Source: an uncultured Candidatus Saccharibacteria bacterium
GTDB lineage: Bacteria; Patescibacteriota; Saccharimonadia; Saccharimonadales; CAYUUR01
DNA length: 64,000 nt
Assembly: GCA_964448075.1 (NCBI GenBank)
Contig: CAYUUR010000002.1
Span: 645 to 64,644, forward strand
Direction of reading: 5' to 3'
Part shown: positions 11,730 through 19,476 of the stretch, piece after piece
Position numbering within the stretch: the stretch's first letter is position 1
Layout: each line of letters opens with the position of its first letter
Position numbers and translations under genes: made by a program
The notes under the pieces: model-generated
The model's input: the letters and a program-made list of their open reading frames with translations, nothing else
What the model was told of the DNA's origin: nothing
Databases searched by the model: none

Positions 11730-12275
11730 TTAGTTATGCATTGTTTCTGCGGCAAATATTGCAGCTGGACTGATACGTAAATGGTTTTGCAACATATCAA
11801 CAGCACGTATAATCTTAGTGCGCGATACGCGCTTTTGTGCGCCATCCCATGGGTCAAATATTGTCATCGTTTTGGCACTCGAAGCCAGTACTAATACGAA
11901 ATGTGGATAATGATAATAGGATCCCAACGCGTGATTATCGACATATAGTATGTACGGACGGCTAACGGGATGTTCAAGTAGCTCGGGGATCGAGGTGTAA
12001 TCAATTGAAACGTACTGGTTAGAAAACTGACGTTGCAGCTGGTTTGCATACCCTTTATTGCCAAAACTTATAACTAAGGCACGATTCCGGGCGCCGTAGC
12101 GAACAAACGCCATAAGCATACTCAGTGCGAAATTATCCCGGAAACCAAAAAAACCTTGCTGCATCATGAATCGTTCATAAGTCTCATCGGGCTCTAGGCC
12201 GCAAAGATAGGCCAAACACACACTCAGGCATCCTTGCCCACTCCGCTGTCGATAGTTAAGTTCTCTCATGCCCAT
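11730..12275 (-). CDS. papain-like cysteine peptidase, C39-like (bacteriocin-processing-peptidase fold)
   Basis: Gln-x5-Cys (QRSGQGC), downstream His (HYPHFVLV) and Asp (DPWDG), in the order of the C39/papain catalytic triad plus oxyanion Gln. Confidence 0.5.
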   Translation of the reverse strand: MGMRELNYRQRSGQGCLSVCLAYLCGLEPDETYERFMMQQGFFGFRDNFALSMLMAFVRYGARNRALVISFGNKGYANQLQRQFSNQYVSIDYTSIPELLEHPVSRPYILYVDNHALGSYYHYPHFVLVLASSAKTMTIFDPWDGAQKRVSRTKIIRAVDMLQNHLRISPAAIFAAETMHN

Positions 12276-12664
12276 ATATGCTAGCTTTTGTATTTATATA
12301 TACAAGAGCTTTGGATTTTACCGTCTGTGAGCCGAATTTTGATGCTGATTGGCCGTTTTTTGCCACAAGACGTACTGCAGATAAGAAAAGTTATACACAG
12401 GTTTGTGAAGAAAACAAACATAAACGTGTTGACATAGAAATGGCTTGTTTATAAGATAGGGACAGCACTTGAATAAAAAAAGTGCTCAAAAACAAAAAGA
12501 CTCAAAAACAACGGCTTCTCGCAAGCCGTTGTTCCATAAAAAAGAAAAGCCAAAACTTTAAAACCAAAGTTCACACCACACACAAAAACCTCCAAAAAAC
12601 CTGCCTCATAACGGCAGGTTTTTTTGATATCGCACAAGCCATACGTTATACTAGCGTAAGCAAT

Positions 12665-14185
12665 ATGGGTGCAACCAAATGTATAATTGAGAGTGGGACC
12701 GATGGCACAATCATCGAGGTTGAATGCCACATAAGTAACAGCTTGCCTGGTATGGTAATCGTTGGCGCCGCTAGCAAAGCCGTTGATGAAGCAAAGGAAC
12801 GATTGCGCGCTGCCTTTGCCAATTCACTCATCCCCTTGCCTCGCAAACGGATTACCATTAACCTGGCGCCTGCAGATATTCCAAAAGACGGCGCTGGCTT
12901 TGACATATCAATTGCAGCAGCGATTCTGATAAACGCAAGCATGGGGAAACCTGTCTTTCCTAAAGAAACGCTCTACATAGGCGAATTGGGTTTAGACGGG
13001 AGTACCCGACCGGTTCGTGGCATTATTGGCAAACTGATGGCGGGCCGCAAGAAAGGCTATTCGCATTTTGTCATTCCACAAGCTAACCTTGCACAAGCAA
13101 GTCTTATACCGGGTATTTCCCTGTTCCCAATCACAAGTCTTAAACAGTTGTACGAGCACTTAGCCGAGCACAAGCAGATTACAGAACACCAAACAAACGA
13201 AGACTCGTATCTACCCCCTCAATACAACAACCAAGCGGACCATAACTTTGCACATGTCATTGGTCAAAAACGAGCCAAACGTGCGCTTGAGATAGCTGCA
13301 GCTGGCGGACATAACGTAATTTTAAACGGGCCGCCCGGAACAGGTAAGAGTATGTTGGCGCAAGCTCTACCGACCATAATGCCAGCTCTCACCAGAGAAG
13401 AGATGCTTGAGGTAACACATCTTCATAGTCTTGCCAGTAATACTTTTGAGGAGATCGTAAACACTCGGCCCTTCCGCTCGCCGCATCATAGTTCCAGCAA
13501 TACTGCGATACTCGGTGGCGGCTCTCGTCCGCTGCCGGGCGAGATTAGCCTAAGTCACCACGGTGTTTTGTTTTTTGATGAGTTTCCTGAGTTCAATCGC
13601 TCTGTCATAGAAGCACTGCGGCAACCGCTCGAAGACGGAGTCATCCACGTTGCTCGAGCAAAACAGAGTGTCACATATCCAGCTCGGTTTATTATGGTCG
13701 CCACAGCAAACCCCTGCCCGTGTGGTTATTACGGAAGTCGGCGTGCCTGCACCTGCCTTCCGCAGCAAATTATTAACTACGAAAAGAAGCTTTCGGGGCC
13801 CATCCTTGACCGTATTGATCTATACGTTGAGGTAGAGGAAGTCGCTCACGAACGGCTTCTCAACACCGATACCAACGAAGAGCCAAGCAGCGCGATTCTC
13901 GAACGGGTTGAGAGAGCTCGGCAACTACAAGCGCAACGCTATGAGCCAGCCCGACTGAACCGCACCATGAACAATATCGACATCAAACGTTACAGCCAAC
14001 TCAGCCCTGCTGCGGAACAGCTACTAAACAGAGCTGCGAGCAAACTCGGGCTTTCTGCTCGAGGCTACATGCGCTGCATTAAGGTAGCGCGCACTATCGC
14101 CGACCTGGAGCAAAGCGCTGACACCACACCTGCACATGTCAGCGAGGCTTTGCAATATCGTCGTCAAAGCTCAAGCATAACTTAA
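12665..14185 (+). CDS. comM: YifB/ComM-family Mg-chelatase-like AAA+ ATPase
   Basis: N-terminal Lon-like domain, Walker A (ILNGPPGTGKSM), Walker B (VLFFDEFPEF), C-terminal Mg-chelatase domain. Start moved to the ATG at 12665; the track ORF from 12482 reads through terminator hairpins and a promoter. Confidence 0.85.
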   Translation: MGATKCIIESGTDGTIIEVECHISNSLPGMVIVGAASKAVDEAKERLRAAFANSLIPLPRKRITINLAPADIPKDGAGFDISIAAAILINASMGKPVFPKETLYIGELGLDGSTRPVRGIIGKLMAGRKKGYSHFVIPQANLAQASLIPGISLFPITSLKQLYEHLAEHKQITEHQTNEDSYLPPQYNNQADHNFAHVIGQKRAKRALEIAAAGGHNVILNGPPGTGKSMLAQALPTIMPALTREEMLEVTHLHSLASNTFEEIVNTRPFRSPHHSSSNTAILGGGSRPLPGEISLSHHGVLFFDEFPEFNRSVIEALRQPLEDGVIHVARAKQSVTYPARFIMVATANPCPCGYYGSRRACTCLPQQIINYEKKLSGPILDRIDLYVEVEEVAHERLLNTDTNEEPSSAILERVERARQLQAQRYEPARLNRTMNNIDIKRYSQLSPAAEQLLNRAASKLGLSARGYMRCIKVARTIADLEQSADTTPAHVSEALQYRRQSSSIT

Positions 14186-14248
14186 GACGAGAAATTTCAA
14201 AAAACACCTTATAAAGCCAAAAAATAACCTTGATCTAACATAAGATAG

Positions 14249-14277
14249 TTGACCTCTGTTATGCCATCTGTTACAAT
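14249..14277 (+). promoter_or_regulatory. sigma70-type promoter of the infC-rpmI-rplT operon (TTGACC-17-TACAAT)
   Basis: TTGACC at 14249-14254, 17-nt spacer, TACAAT at 14272-14277, then AGGAG at 14299-14303. Confidence 0.45.
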
Positions 14278-14363
14278 GCAGTAAATCCAAATCATTAAAG
14301 GAGAATAACGGCATCAATAAGTTTACCCGCCTGAATGAACAGATTCGGGCACCACGTTTACGC

Positions 14364-14843
14364 GTGATTGATGAGGAAGGTCAACAGCTCGGCGTCCTTT
14401 CCAAAAGTGAAGCTTTGCAACTTGCTCGCGAACAAGATCTGGACTTGGTAGAAATATCGCCAAACGCCGATCCGCCCGTGGCCAAGATTGTGAACTGGGG
14501 TAAGTTCAACTATGAACGAACCAAGCAGCTCCAAAAAAGCAAACGCAGCGCTAAAGCCACCGCTCTCAAACAGATCAGATTTGGATTAAAGATTAGCGAT
14601 CACGACCTGGGCGTCAAGATGAAGAAAGTTACTGATTTCCTTCAAGCAGGACATAAGGTAAAATTAACCATCGTGTACCGAGGCCGTGAGCTCGCTCATA
14701 AAGAAATTGGCTTTACGCTCGCCGCCAAGGTGATAGAAAGCTTCGGAGAGACCATTATCGTCGACTCGAAACCTCAATTTGCAGGAAAACAACTAAACTT
14801 CGTAGTAAGGAGTAACCCACATGCCAAAGTTAAAGACTCATAG
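14364..14843 (+). CDS. infC: translation initiation factor IF-3
   Basis: IF3 N- and C-domains (VLSKSEALQLAREQDLDLVEI...). The IF3-like N-terminus (INKFTRLNEQIRAPRLRVID) continues in frame upstream of the GTG, so the true start is probably the ATC at 14313. Confidence 0.9.
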   Translation: MIDEEGQQLGVLSKSEALQLAREQDLDLVEISPNADPPVAKIVNWGKFNYERTKQLQKSKRSAKATALKQIRFGLKISDHDLGVKMKKVTDFLQAGHKVKLTIVYRGRELAHKEIGFTLAAKVIESFGETIIVDSKPQFAGKQLNFVVRSNPHAKVKDS

Positions 14844-15015
14844 CGGAACTAAAGACCGCATACGTGTCACCAAGAACGGCAAGATTCGTCGCCGACAATC
14901 TACCGGCAACCACCTGTTGCAAAAGAAATCAGCTGCCCGCAAGCGACGCTTTGCAGGTCTAACTACAATGGTCGGCAAAGAAGCCCGAACCATTAAAAAG
15001 AATCTAGGAGTATAG
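14821..15015 (+). CDS. rpmI: 50S ribosomal protein L35
   Basis: MPKLKTHSGTKDRIRVTKNGKIRRR... is typical L35; overlaps the infC 3' end. Confidence 0.92.
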   Translation: MPKLKTHSGTKDRIRVTKNGKIRRRQSTGNHLLQKKSAARKRRFAGLTTMVGKEARTIKKNLGV

Positions 15016-15018
15016 AGA

Positions 15019-15363
15019 ATGCGCGTAAAAAGAGGCGTCACCGCCCATGCCCGACATCAGAAAATTCGTAAAGCAACCAAAGGCTTTACTCGTGGTAACC
15101 GCTCAAGCGTTCGCCGTGGCAAGCAAGCACTGACTAAGTCATTAGTCTATGCTACACGTGACCGCAAGAATCGTAAGCGTACATTCCGACAGCTATGGAA
15201 CACTCGCATTAATGCGGCTGCCCGCATTAATGGCACAACCTACTCACGCCTGATCGCTGGACTCAAGAAAGCCAACATCACCCTTGACCGCAAGGTAATG
15301 GCTGAGCTTGCTGTAAACGAACCAAAAGCGTTTGAAGCTGTCGTAAAAGCGGCTAAAGTTTAA
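15019..15363 (+). CDS. rplT: 50S ribosomal protein L20
   Basis: [16 protein letters not shown]...RDRKNRKR is canonical L20. Confidence 0.95.
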   Translation: MRVKRGVTAHARHQKIRKATKGFTRGNRSSVRRGKQALTKSLVYATRDRKNRKRTFRQLWNTRINAAARINGTTYSRLIAGLKKANITLDRKVMAELAVNEPKAFEAVVKAAKV

Positions 15364-15388
15364 CGCCTAGATAAAAAACCTTACTACG

Positions 15389-15423
15389 AAATGCCATCTT
15401 ATTCTCTAAGGTGGCATTTTTCG
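15389..15423 (+). terminator. intrinsic terminator after rplT
   Basis: AAATGCCA-loop-TGGCATTT followed by a T run. Confidence 0.6.
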
Positions 15424-15433
15424 ATATACTACT

Positions 15434-15862
15434 GTGGTGACTACTCGAAACAGAAAAAACCACTTCTATTATGCCCATCACACCCGTCGCGCTACCGACG
15501 CGCCGTGTCAATTCTGCCACTTTAGTCCAGCCAAGGACGAGATACTTGAGCAAACAAAAACAATGTGGGTCGTACGCAATCTTTTCCCTTACGATGTTTG
15601 GGATACCTCCACCGTAAAGGATCATCTAATGATCGTACCAAAGCGTCACATCGACTCCGTCTCTCACTTTAATGGGTCTGAGCAAACAGAATTCATGCGT
15701 ATGCTCGCTAAATATGAAGCTGCGGGTTACTCAGTTTACGCCCGCGCACCAACCAATAAAATGAAATCCGTCATCCATCAGCACACTCATCTCATCAAAC
15801 TCGGGCCAAAAGTACGAAGCCTGATATATGTAGAAAAACCTCGTCTGCTGTTAGCGAAATAG
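15434..15862 (+). CDS. HIT-family (histidine triad) hydrolase
   Basis: CQFC zinc motif and the histidine triad HQHTHLI. Confidence 0.8.
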   Translation: MVTTRNRKNHFYYAHHTRRATDAPCQFCHFSPAKDEILEQTKTMWVVRNLFPYDVWDTSTVKDHLMIVPKRHIDSVSHFNGSEQTEFMRMLAKYEAAGYSVYARAPTNKMKSVIHQHTHLIKLGPKVRSLIYVEKPRLLLAK

Positions 15863-15863
15863 T

Positions 15864-15894
15864 AAAACCACCCCTAATATCTGGGGTGGTTTTA
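15864..15894. terminator. bidirectional intrinsic terminator shared by the HIT gene (+) and rnpB (-)
   Basis: CCACCCC-8nt-GGGGTGG flanked by A4 upstream and T4 downstream, so it is a hairpin plus U tract on both strands. Confidence 0.6.
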
Positions 15895-15919
15895 CCTCGC
15901 GCGGTACAGCGCTTGTTAT

Positions 15920-16276
15920 AAAGCTAGATTATCTATAAGCCGGGTTCTGTCCCCAGTAAACTGAGGGCTAATCATCTATCTAGCCTTGTTGTCACCAACA
16001 AGGTCAAGCGGATAAGCGATAAACCGTGGCGGGAACCCTAGTAGGTCTATCTCCTTGCAGCAGACAGGGTTTACCTCCTCCCTACGTCACCGTAGGCAGC
16101 TGTGAGCTTTTACCTCACTCGTTTCACCCGTTCCCAACCGAGGCTGGGCGGTATCGTTTCTGTGGCACTTTCCCTAAGGTTTCCCTCGGTTGCCGTTAGC
16201 AACTGTCATTCCCTACGCTGCCCGGACTTTCCTCCCCGTATAAAATACGCGGCGACTAGCCAATAATCTAGCTCTG
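15920..16276 (-). ncRNA. rnpB: RNase P RNA (bacterial type A)
   Basis: Minus strand carries GGAGGAAAGTCCGGGCAG (CR-I/P4 5' strand), GGGTGAAACGAGTGAGGTAAAAGCTCAC (P10.1-P12 conserved) and ACAGAACCCGGCTTATA (P4 3' strand). The P1 pairing AGCTAGATTAT/ATAATCTAGCT closes the molecule. No ORF of 60 aa or more in ~430 nt. Confidence 0.85.
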
Positions 16277-16286
16277 TTATTATACC

Positions 16287-17042
16287 TTAATTATTTGATT
16301 CTGCTACTTCGTCCAGAACTTTGTTGACCATAGCATCAGCCTCTTTATTCTTTTCTCGCGGCACGTGCGTGAAGGTCACACTGTCAAAGGCCTGCTCACA
16401 CTGCTGCACAATCGCCGCATAAATCGGCCAAAGCTCCTTATTCTTAACCTTGTAGACTCCCTTGAGCTGGTTAATAACCAACAAACTATCCATGAATACA
16501 TTGACGCGTTGTGCGCCGAGTCGTTCAGCATCAAGAAGACCGAGCTTAAGCGCCGTGTACTCAGCTTGATTATTGGTTGTAATGCCCATGTAGTGGCCGT
16601 CACTTTTAAGTATATTCCCATCCATGTCGTAAATAACCCAGCCGGCAGCAGACGGACCCGGGTTGCCACGTGACCCACCGTCACCATACAAACTTACCTC
16701 TGTTATATTTGTGTATTTTTTTACAACATTTCCTTCCACTTCATGCTTTTTTTCATGTGGCTGGAACGAAAAGGTTATCTTTGTAGCTATGAGGTCTGGG
16801 TCAAAGTCGTGCGGTGCAATGGCTTCAACTAACAAGTCTTCGTGGTTAGGAAAATCACGCAATCGCCGACTCAAAACCTCGCGGACAGTGATCGTGCCGA
16901 CAGATTCGGAAGCGTCTTGGCTGACAAGTTCTACAGCCTCGCCGACCAAAAAAGGTGCGGCAGCCCCAACCAACAACAATGCATGGCGTTCGCCGCGGCT
17001 AATTTCTTGGATTGCTTTTTGTGTTACTTGGATCGATTGCAT
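16287..17042 (-). CDS. rnhA: ribonuclease HI with a ~115-aa N-terminal domain of unknown function
   Basis: The C-terminal 135 aa carry the RNase H1 D-E-D-D signature (GDGGSRGNPGPSAAGWVI...TNNQAEYTAL...HVPREKNKEAD). The N-terminal half has no recognisable motif. Confidence 0.8.
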   Translation of the reverse strand: MQSIQVTQKAIQEISRGERHALLLVGAAAPFLVGEAVELVSQDASESVGTITVREVLSRRLRDFPNHEDLLVEAIAPHDFDPDLIATKITFSFQPHEKKHEVEGNVVKKYTNITEVSLYGDGGSRGNPGPSAAGWVIYDMDGNILKSDGHYMGITTNNQAEYTALKLGLLDAERLGAQRVNVFMDSLLVINQLKGVYKVKNKELWPIYAAIVQQCEQAFDSVTFTHVPREKNKEADAMVNKVLDEVAESNN

Positions 17043-17082
17043 CTGTTTCTATTCTACCCTATTTTCCCGTACAATAGCACAG

Positions 17083-18111
17083 ATGAAAATTAGCGACTAT
17101 GATTACCAACTCCCTGACGAACTGATTGCCGACCGACCACCTGAACAACGCGGCAGTACGCGATTATTAGTCTTGGACAAAAAATCTGGTGACATCAGCC
17201 ATCATTACTACGCTGATCTTGCTGACTACCTGGACACTGGAGATCTATTGGTTCTCAATAACACGAAGGTTATTAAGGCGCGTTTGATCGCCAAAAACAA
17301 CGACGGCAAGGAACGTGAGTTATTGCTTATCGAAAAGCATGGTAAAGTATTTGGCGTCCATCAACACAAAGTACTGTATCGTGGCCGTATCCGAACAGGT
17401 GAAGTGCTAACCGTTCATATGCACACTATTATCGTCAAGGAGGTACTTGACGGTGGGCTGGCGATTGTCCAAACAGAGGAAAACTTACTTGACCTCGCCG
17501 AACGTTACGGTGAAGTTCCTTTACCGCCCTACATGAAGCGTCACGCCGACCAAACTGATACTGAGCGGTATCAGACCGTTTTTGCGCGTGACGCCGGTTC
17601 TGTGGCCGCTCCAACTGCCTCACTCAACTTTACTGAGGAGCTAGAGGCCAGACTACGCAACAAAGGCGTACACATTGCCTACCTCACTCTGCATGTCGGT
17701 CTTGGCACCTTCCTGCCCATCCGCACTGACAACGTAGAAGAACACCAGATGCACAGTGAATATTATGAGGTGCCTGAAGAAACCGTTGCCGCAATTCGGC
17801 AAGCCAAAAAGTCCCGTAATAAAGTCTGCGCCATCGGCACCACCGTCACGCGCACACTTGAGTATTGTGCAGCTGACATCCTAGACGACAAGCCACAAAA
17901 CCTATCTGGCGAGGCCAACATCTTCATCTATCCAGGCTATGAGTTTAAGATAGTTGACCAATTACTCACCAACTTCCACGCGCCACGCAGTACGGTACTG
18001 ATGCTCACAGCTGCTTTCGCCGGTTGGGACAACCTCAAATTAGCCTACGAGAAGGCCGTTGAAGAAAAGTATCACTTCCTCTCCTACGGCGACTCTATGC
18101 TGATACGTTAG
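17083..18111 (+). CDS. queA: S-adenosylmethionine:tRNA ribosyltransferase-isomerase
   Basis: MKISDYDYQLPDELIADRP...TRLLVL...GTTVTRTLE is canonical QueA. Start set at 17083; the track ORF from 16663 is an in-frame upstream extension antisense to rnhA. Confidence 0.9.
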   Translation: MKISDYDYQLPDELIADRPPEQRGSTRLLVLDKKSGDISHHYYADLADYLDTGDLLVLNNTKVIKARLIAKNNDGKERELLLIEKHGKVFGVHQHKVLYRGRIRTGEVLTVHMHTIIVKEVLDGGLAIVQTEENLLDLAERYGEVPLPPYMKRHADQTDTERYQTVFARDAGSVAAPTASLNFTEELEARLRNKGVHIAYLTLHVGLGTFLPIRTDNVEEHQMHSEYYEVPEETVAAIRQAKKSRNKVCAIGTTVTRTLEYCAADILDDKPQNLSGEANIFIYPGYEFKIVDQLLTNFHAPRSTVLMLTAAFAGWDNLKLAYEKAVEEKYHFLSYGDSMLIR

Positions 18112-18135
18112 AATACGCTAAAATACCTCTGTTAA

Positions 18136-18211
18136 CAGGGTGTAGCTTAGTTGGTAAAGCGCCGGGCTGGGGGTCCGGAGACCGGAGGTTCAAGTCCTCT
18201 CACCCTGACCA
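18136..18211 (+). tRNA. tRNA-Pro (anticodon GGG)
   Basis: Cloverleaf: acceptor CAGGGTG/CACCCTG, D arm GCTT-AGTTGGTA-AAGC, anticodon arm CCGGG-CTGGGGG-TCCGG, T arm GGAGG-TTCAAGT-CCTCT, encoded CCA. Confidence 0.85.
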
Positions 18212-18214
18212 TAA

Positions 18215-18284
18215 AGATTTTGTGGGGACCCCTTGTACGGCTGGGGGCCGTGAGGTCGCAGGTTCAAGTCTTGTCATCCCGACC
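18215..18284 (+). pseudogene. tRNA-Pro-like 3'-half fragment (truncated duplicate lacking an acceptor 5' strand)
   Basis: Repeats the anticodon arm (TACGG-CTGGGGG-CCGTG) and T arm (GCAGG-TTCAAGT-CTTGT) of the upstream tRNA with identical 13-nt spacing. No sequence pairs with the 3' acceptor strand CATCCCG. Confidence 0.3.
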
Positions 18285-18297
18285 TTTATAAACAGAA

Positions 18298-18327
18298 GAA
18301 GCTCGAGGATTTTCTCGAGCTTTTTTG
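18298..18327 (+). terminator. intrinsic terminator after the tRNA-Pro locus
   Basis: AAGCTCGAG-GATTTT-CTCGAGCTT followed by TTTTTT. Confidence 0.65.
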
Positions 18328-18483
18328 TGGCTGATACCGTATGACAACCTGGAATGAACCCAGGTGGGTGCTCTCATATGTCGACCCCCGGCCGACACGA
18401 ATATTGAGCTCCCTAATGATAAATATTCAGATTATCATTTTTTGGCATCAGCCACTTTTATTCTACGCCTTCACTACAAATTC

Positions 18484-19110
18484 TTAAAGTAAAAATTGTA
18501 GAACTGCTTGGTTCATGTCTTGCAAGAATGGACCGATCACACTGTACAGCAACGCAAAGGATACCAAAATAATGACGAGTCCCGTCTGTTCAATTTGTTC
18601 CATTATACGCTGCACAGGCGCGGGTGCCACCGCATACAAAACACGTGACCCATCAAGCGGCGGAAACGGTATCATGTTAAAGACAAAGATAGCTACGTTA
18701 ACGACCAAAAAGATCGACAAAGCCTGCAGTACAAGTAGCGAATCGATACCTACAAATAACCGTAGTAGAACAGCAGTAAACGCAGCCAAGGCAAAGTTAG
18801 TCAGCGGACCTGCTAAGGCAATCAGTGCAGCACCAAACTCCTCGTACTTCACTCGAGCTGGATTGAATGGCACTGGTTTAGCCGCCAAGAACGGTGGTAA
18901 GCCAAGCAACAGAAGCATCATCGGCATAAGTACCGTCAATACGGGGTCAATATGTTTAAGCGGATTGAGCGTCAGTCGACCCTCTTGCTGGGCCGTGTCA
19001 TCCCCCAGCCAAAACGCCGCATAGCCATGCATCGCTTCGTGTATACCGATAGCAACTATCAGCGAAACAAGGTAAAACAGGATGTTAATGCCAGTTAGGT
19101 CAATATTCAT
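18484..19110 (-). CDS. site-2 protease-family (peptidase M50) intramembrane zinc metalloprotease
   Basis: HEAMHGYAAFWLGDD (HExxH in a TM helix), a downstream LDG motif (NMIPFPPLDGSRV) and multiple TM helices. Confidence 0.8.
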   Translation of the reverse strand: MNIDLTGINILFYLVSLIVAIGIHEAMHGYAAFWLGDDTAQQEGRLTLNPLKHIDPVLTVLMPMMLLLLGLPPFLAAKPVPFNPARVKYEEFGAALIALAGPLTNFALAAFTAVLLRLFVGIDSLLVLQALSIFLVVNVAIFVFNMIPFPPLDGSRVLYAVAPAPVQRIMEQIEQTGLVIILVSFALLYSVIGPFLQDMNQAVLQFLL

Positions 19111-19204
19111 GTCATTCTAGTATAGCAAACATTGCGCGTATTTAAGGCTTGACCTACAGAGGTAAAACCGCTACAATACGGCTTTGAATCTTAAGGATAA
19201 AATC

Positions 19205-19399
19205 ATGCAGAAATGTGAAATCACCGGTAAAGGCAAACAATTTGGTCACAATGTGAGTTTCTCACAGCGTCACACCAAGAAAGTTTGGAAGCCAAATCTT
19301 CAGACAAAGACCATCATCGTCGATGGCAAAAAGATCAAGATGAAGGTCAGCGCTCAAGGTATTCGTACACTCAAAAAACAAGGCGTTATTGCTAAATAA
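19205..19399 (+). CDS. rpmB: 50S ribosomal protein L28
   Basis: MQKCEITGKGKQFGHNVSFSQRHTKKVWKPNLQ is canonical L28. Start at the ATG at 19205 (SD AAGGAT upstream); the track ORF starts 7 codons earlier. Confidence 0.85.
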   Translation: MQKCEITGKGKQFGHNVSFSQRHTKKVWKPNLQTKTIIVDGKKIKMKVSAQGIRTLKKQGVIAK

Positions 19400-19430
19400 C
19401 CGCCCTTATCGTAAATCGTAATTGGGATTA

Positions 19431-19461
19431 AAAAGCTCTTCCACGGAAGAGCCTTTTTGTT
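19431..19461. terminator. intrinsic terminator after rpmB (hairpin usable from both strands)
   Basis: AAAAGCTCTTCC-ACG-GAAGAGCCTTTTTGTT. Confidence 0.55.
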
Positions 19462-19476
19462 ATCAGAACTATGTGT

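Noticed and set aside
12482-12664. Upstream extension of comM from 12482
   Set aside because: It reads through two terminator hairpins and a TTGATA-17-TATACT promoter. The YifB-type N-terminus starts at the ATG at 12665.
16663-17082. Upstream 140-codon extension of the queA ORF
   Set aside because: The extension is antisense to rnhA and has no QueA similarity. The canonical QueA N-terminus (MKISDYDYQLPDEL) begins at 17083.
18215-18284. Second full tRNA-Pro gene
   Set aside because: The anticodon and T arms are present, but no 5' acceptor strand or D arm can pair with the 3' end CATCCCG. It is treated as a fragment or pseudogene only.
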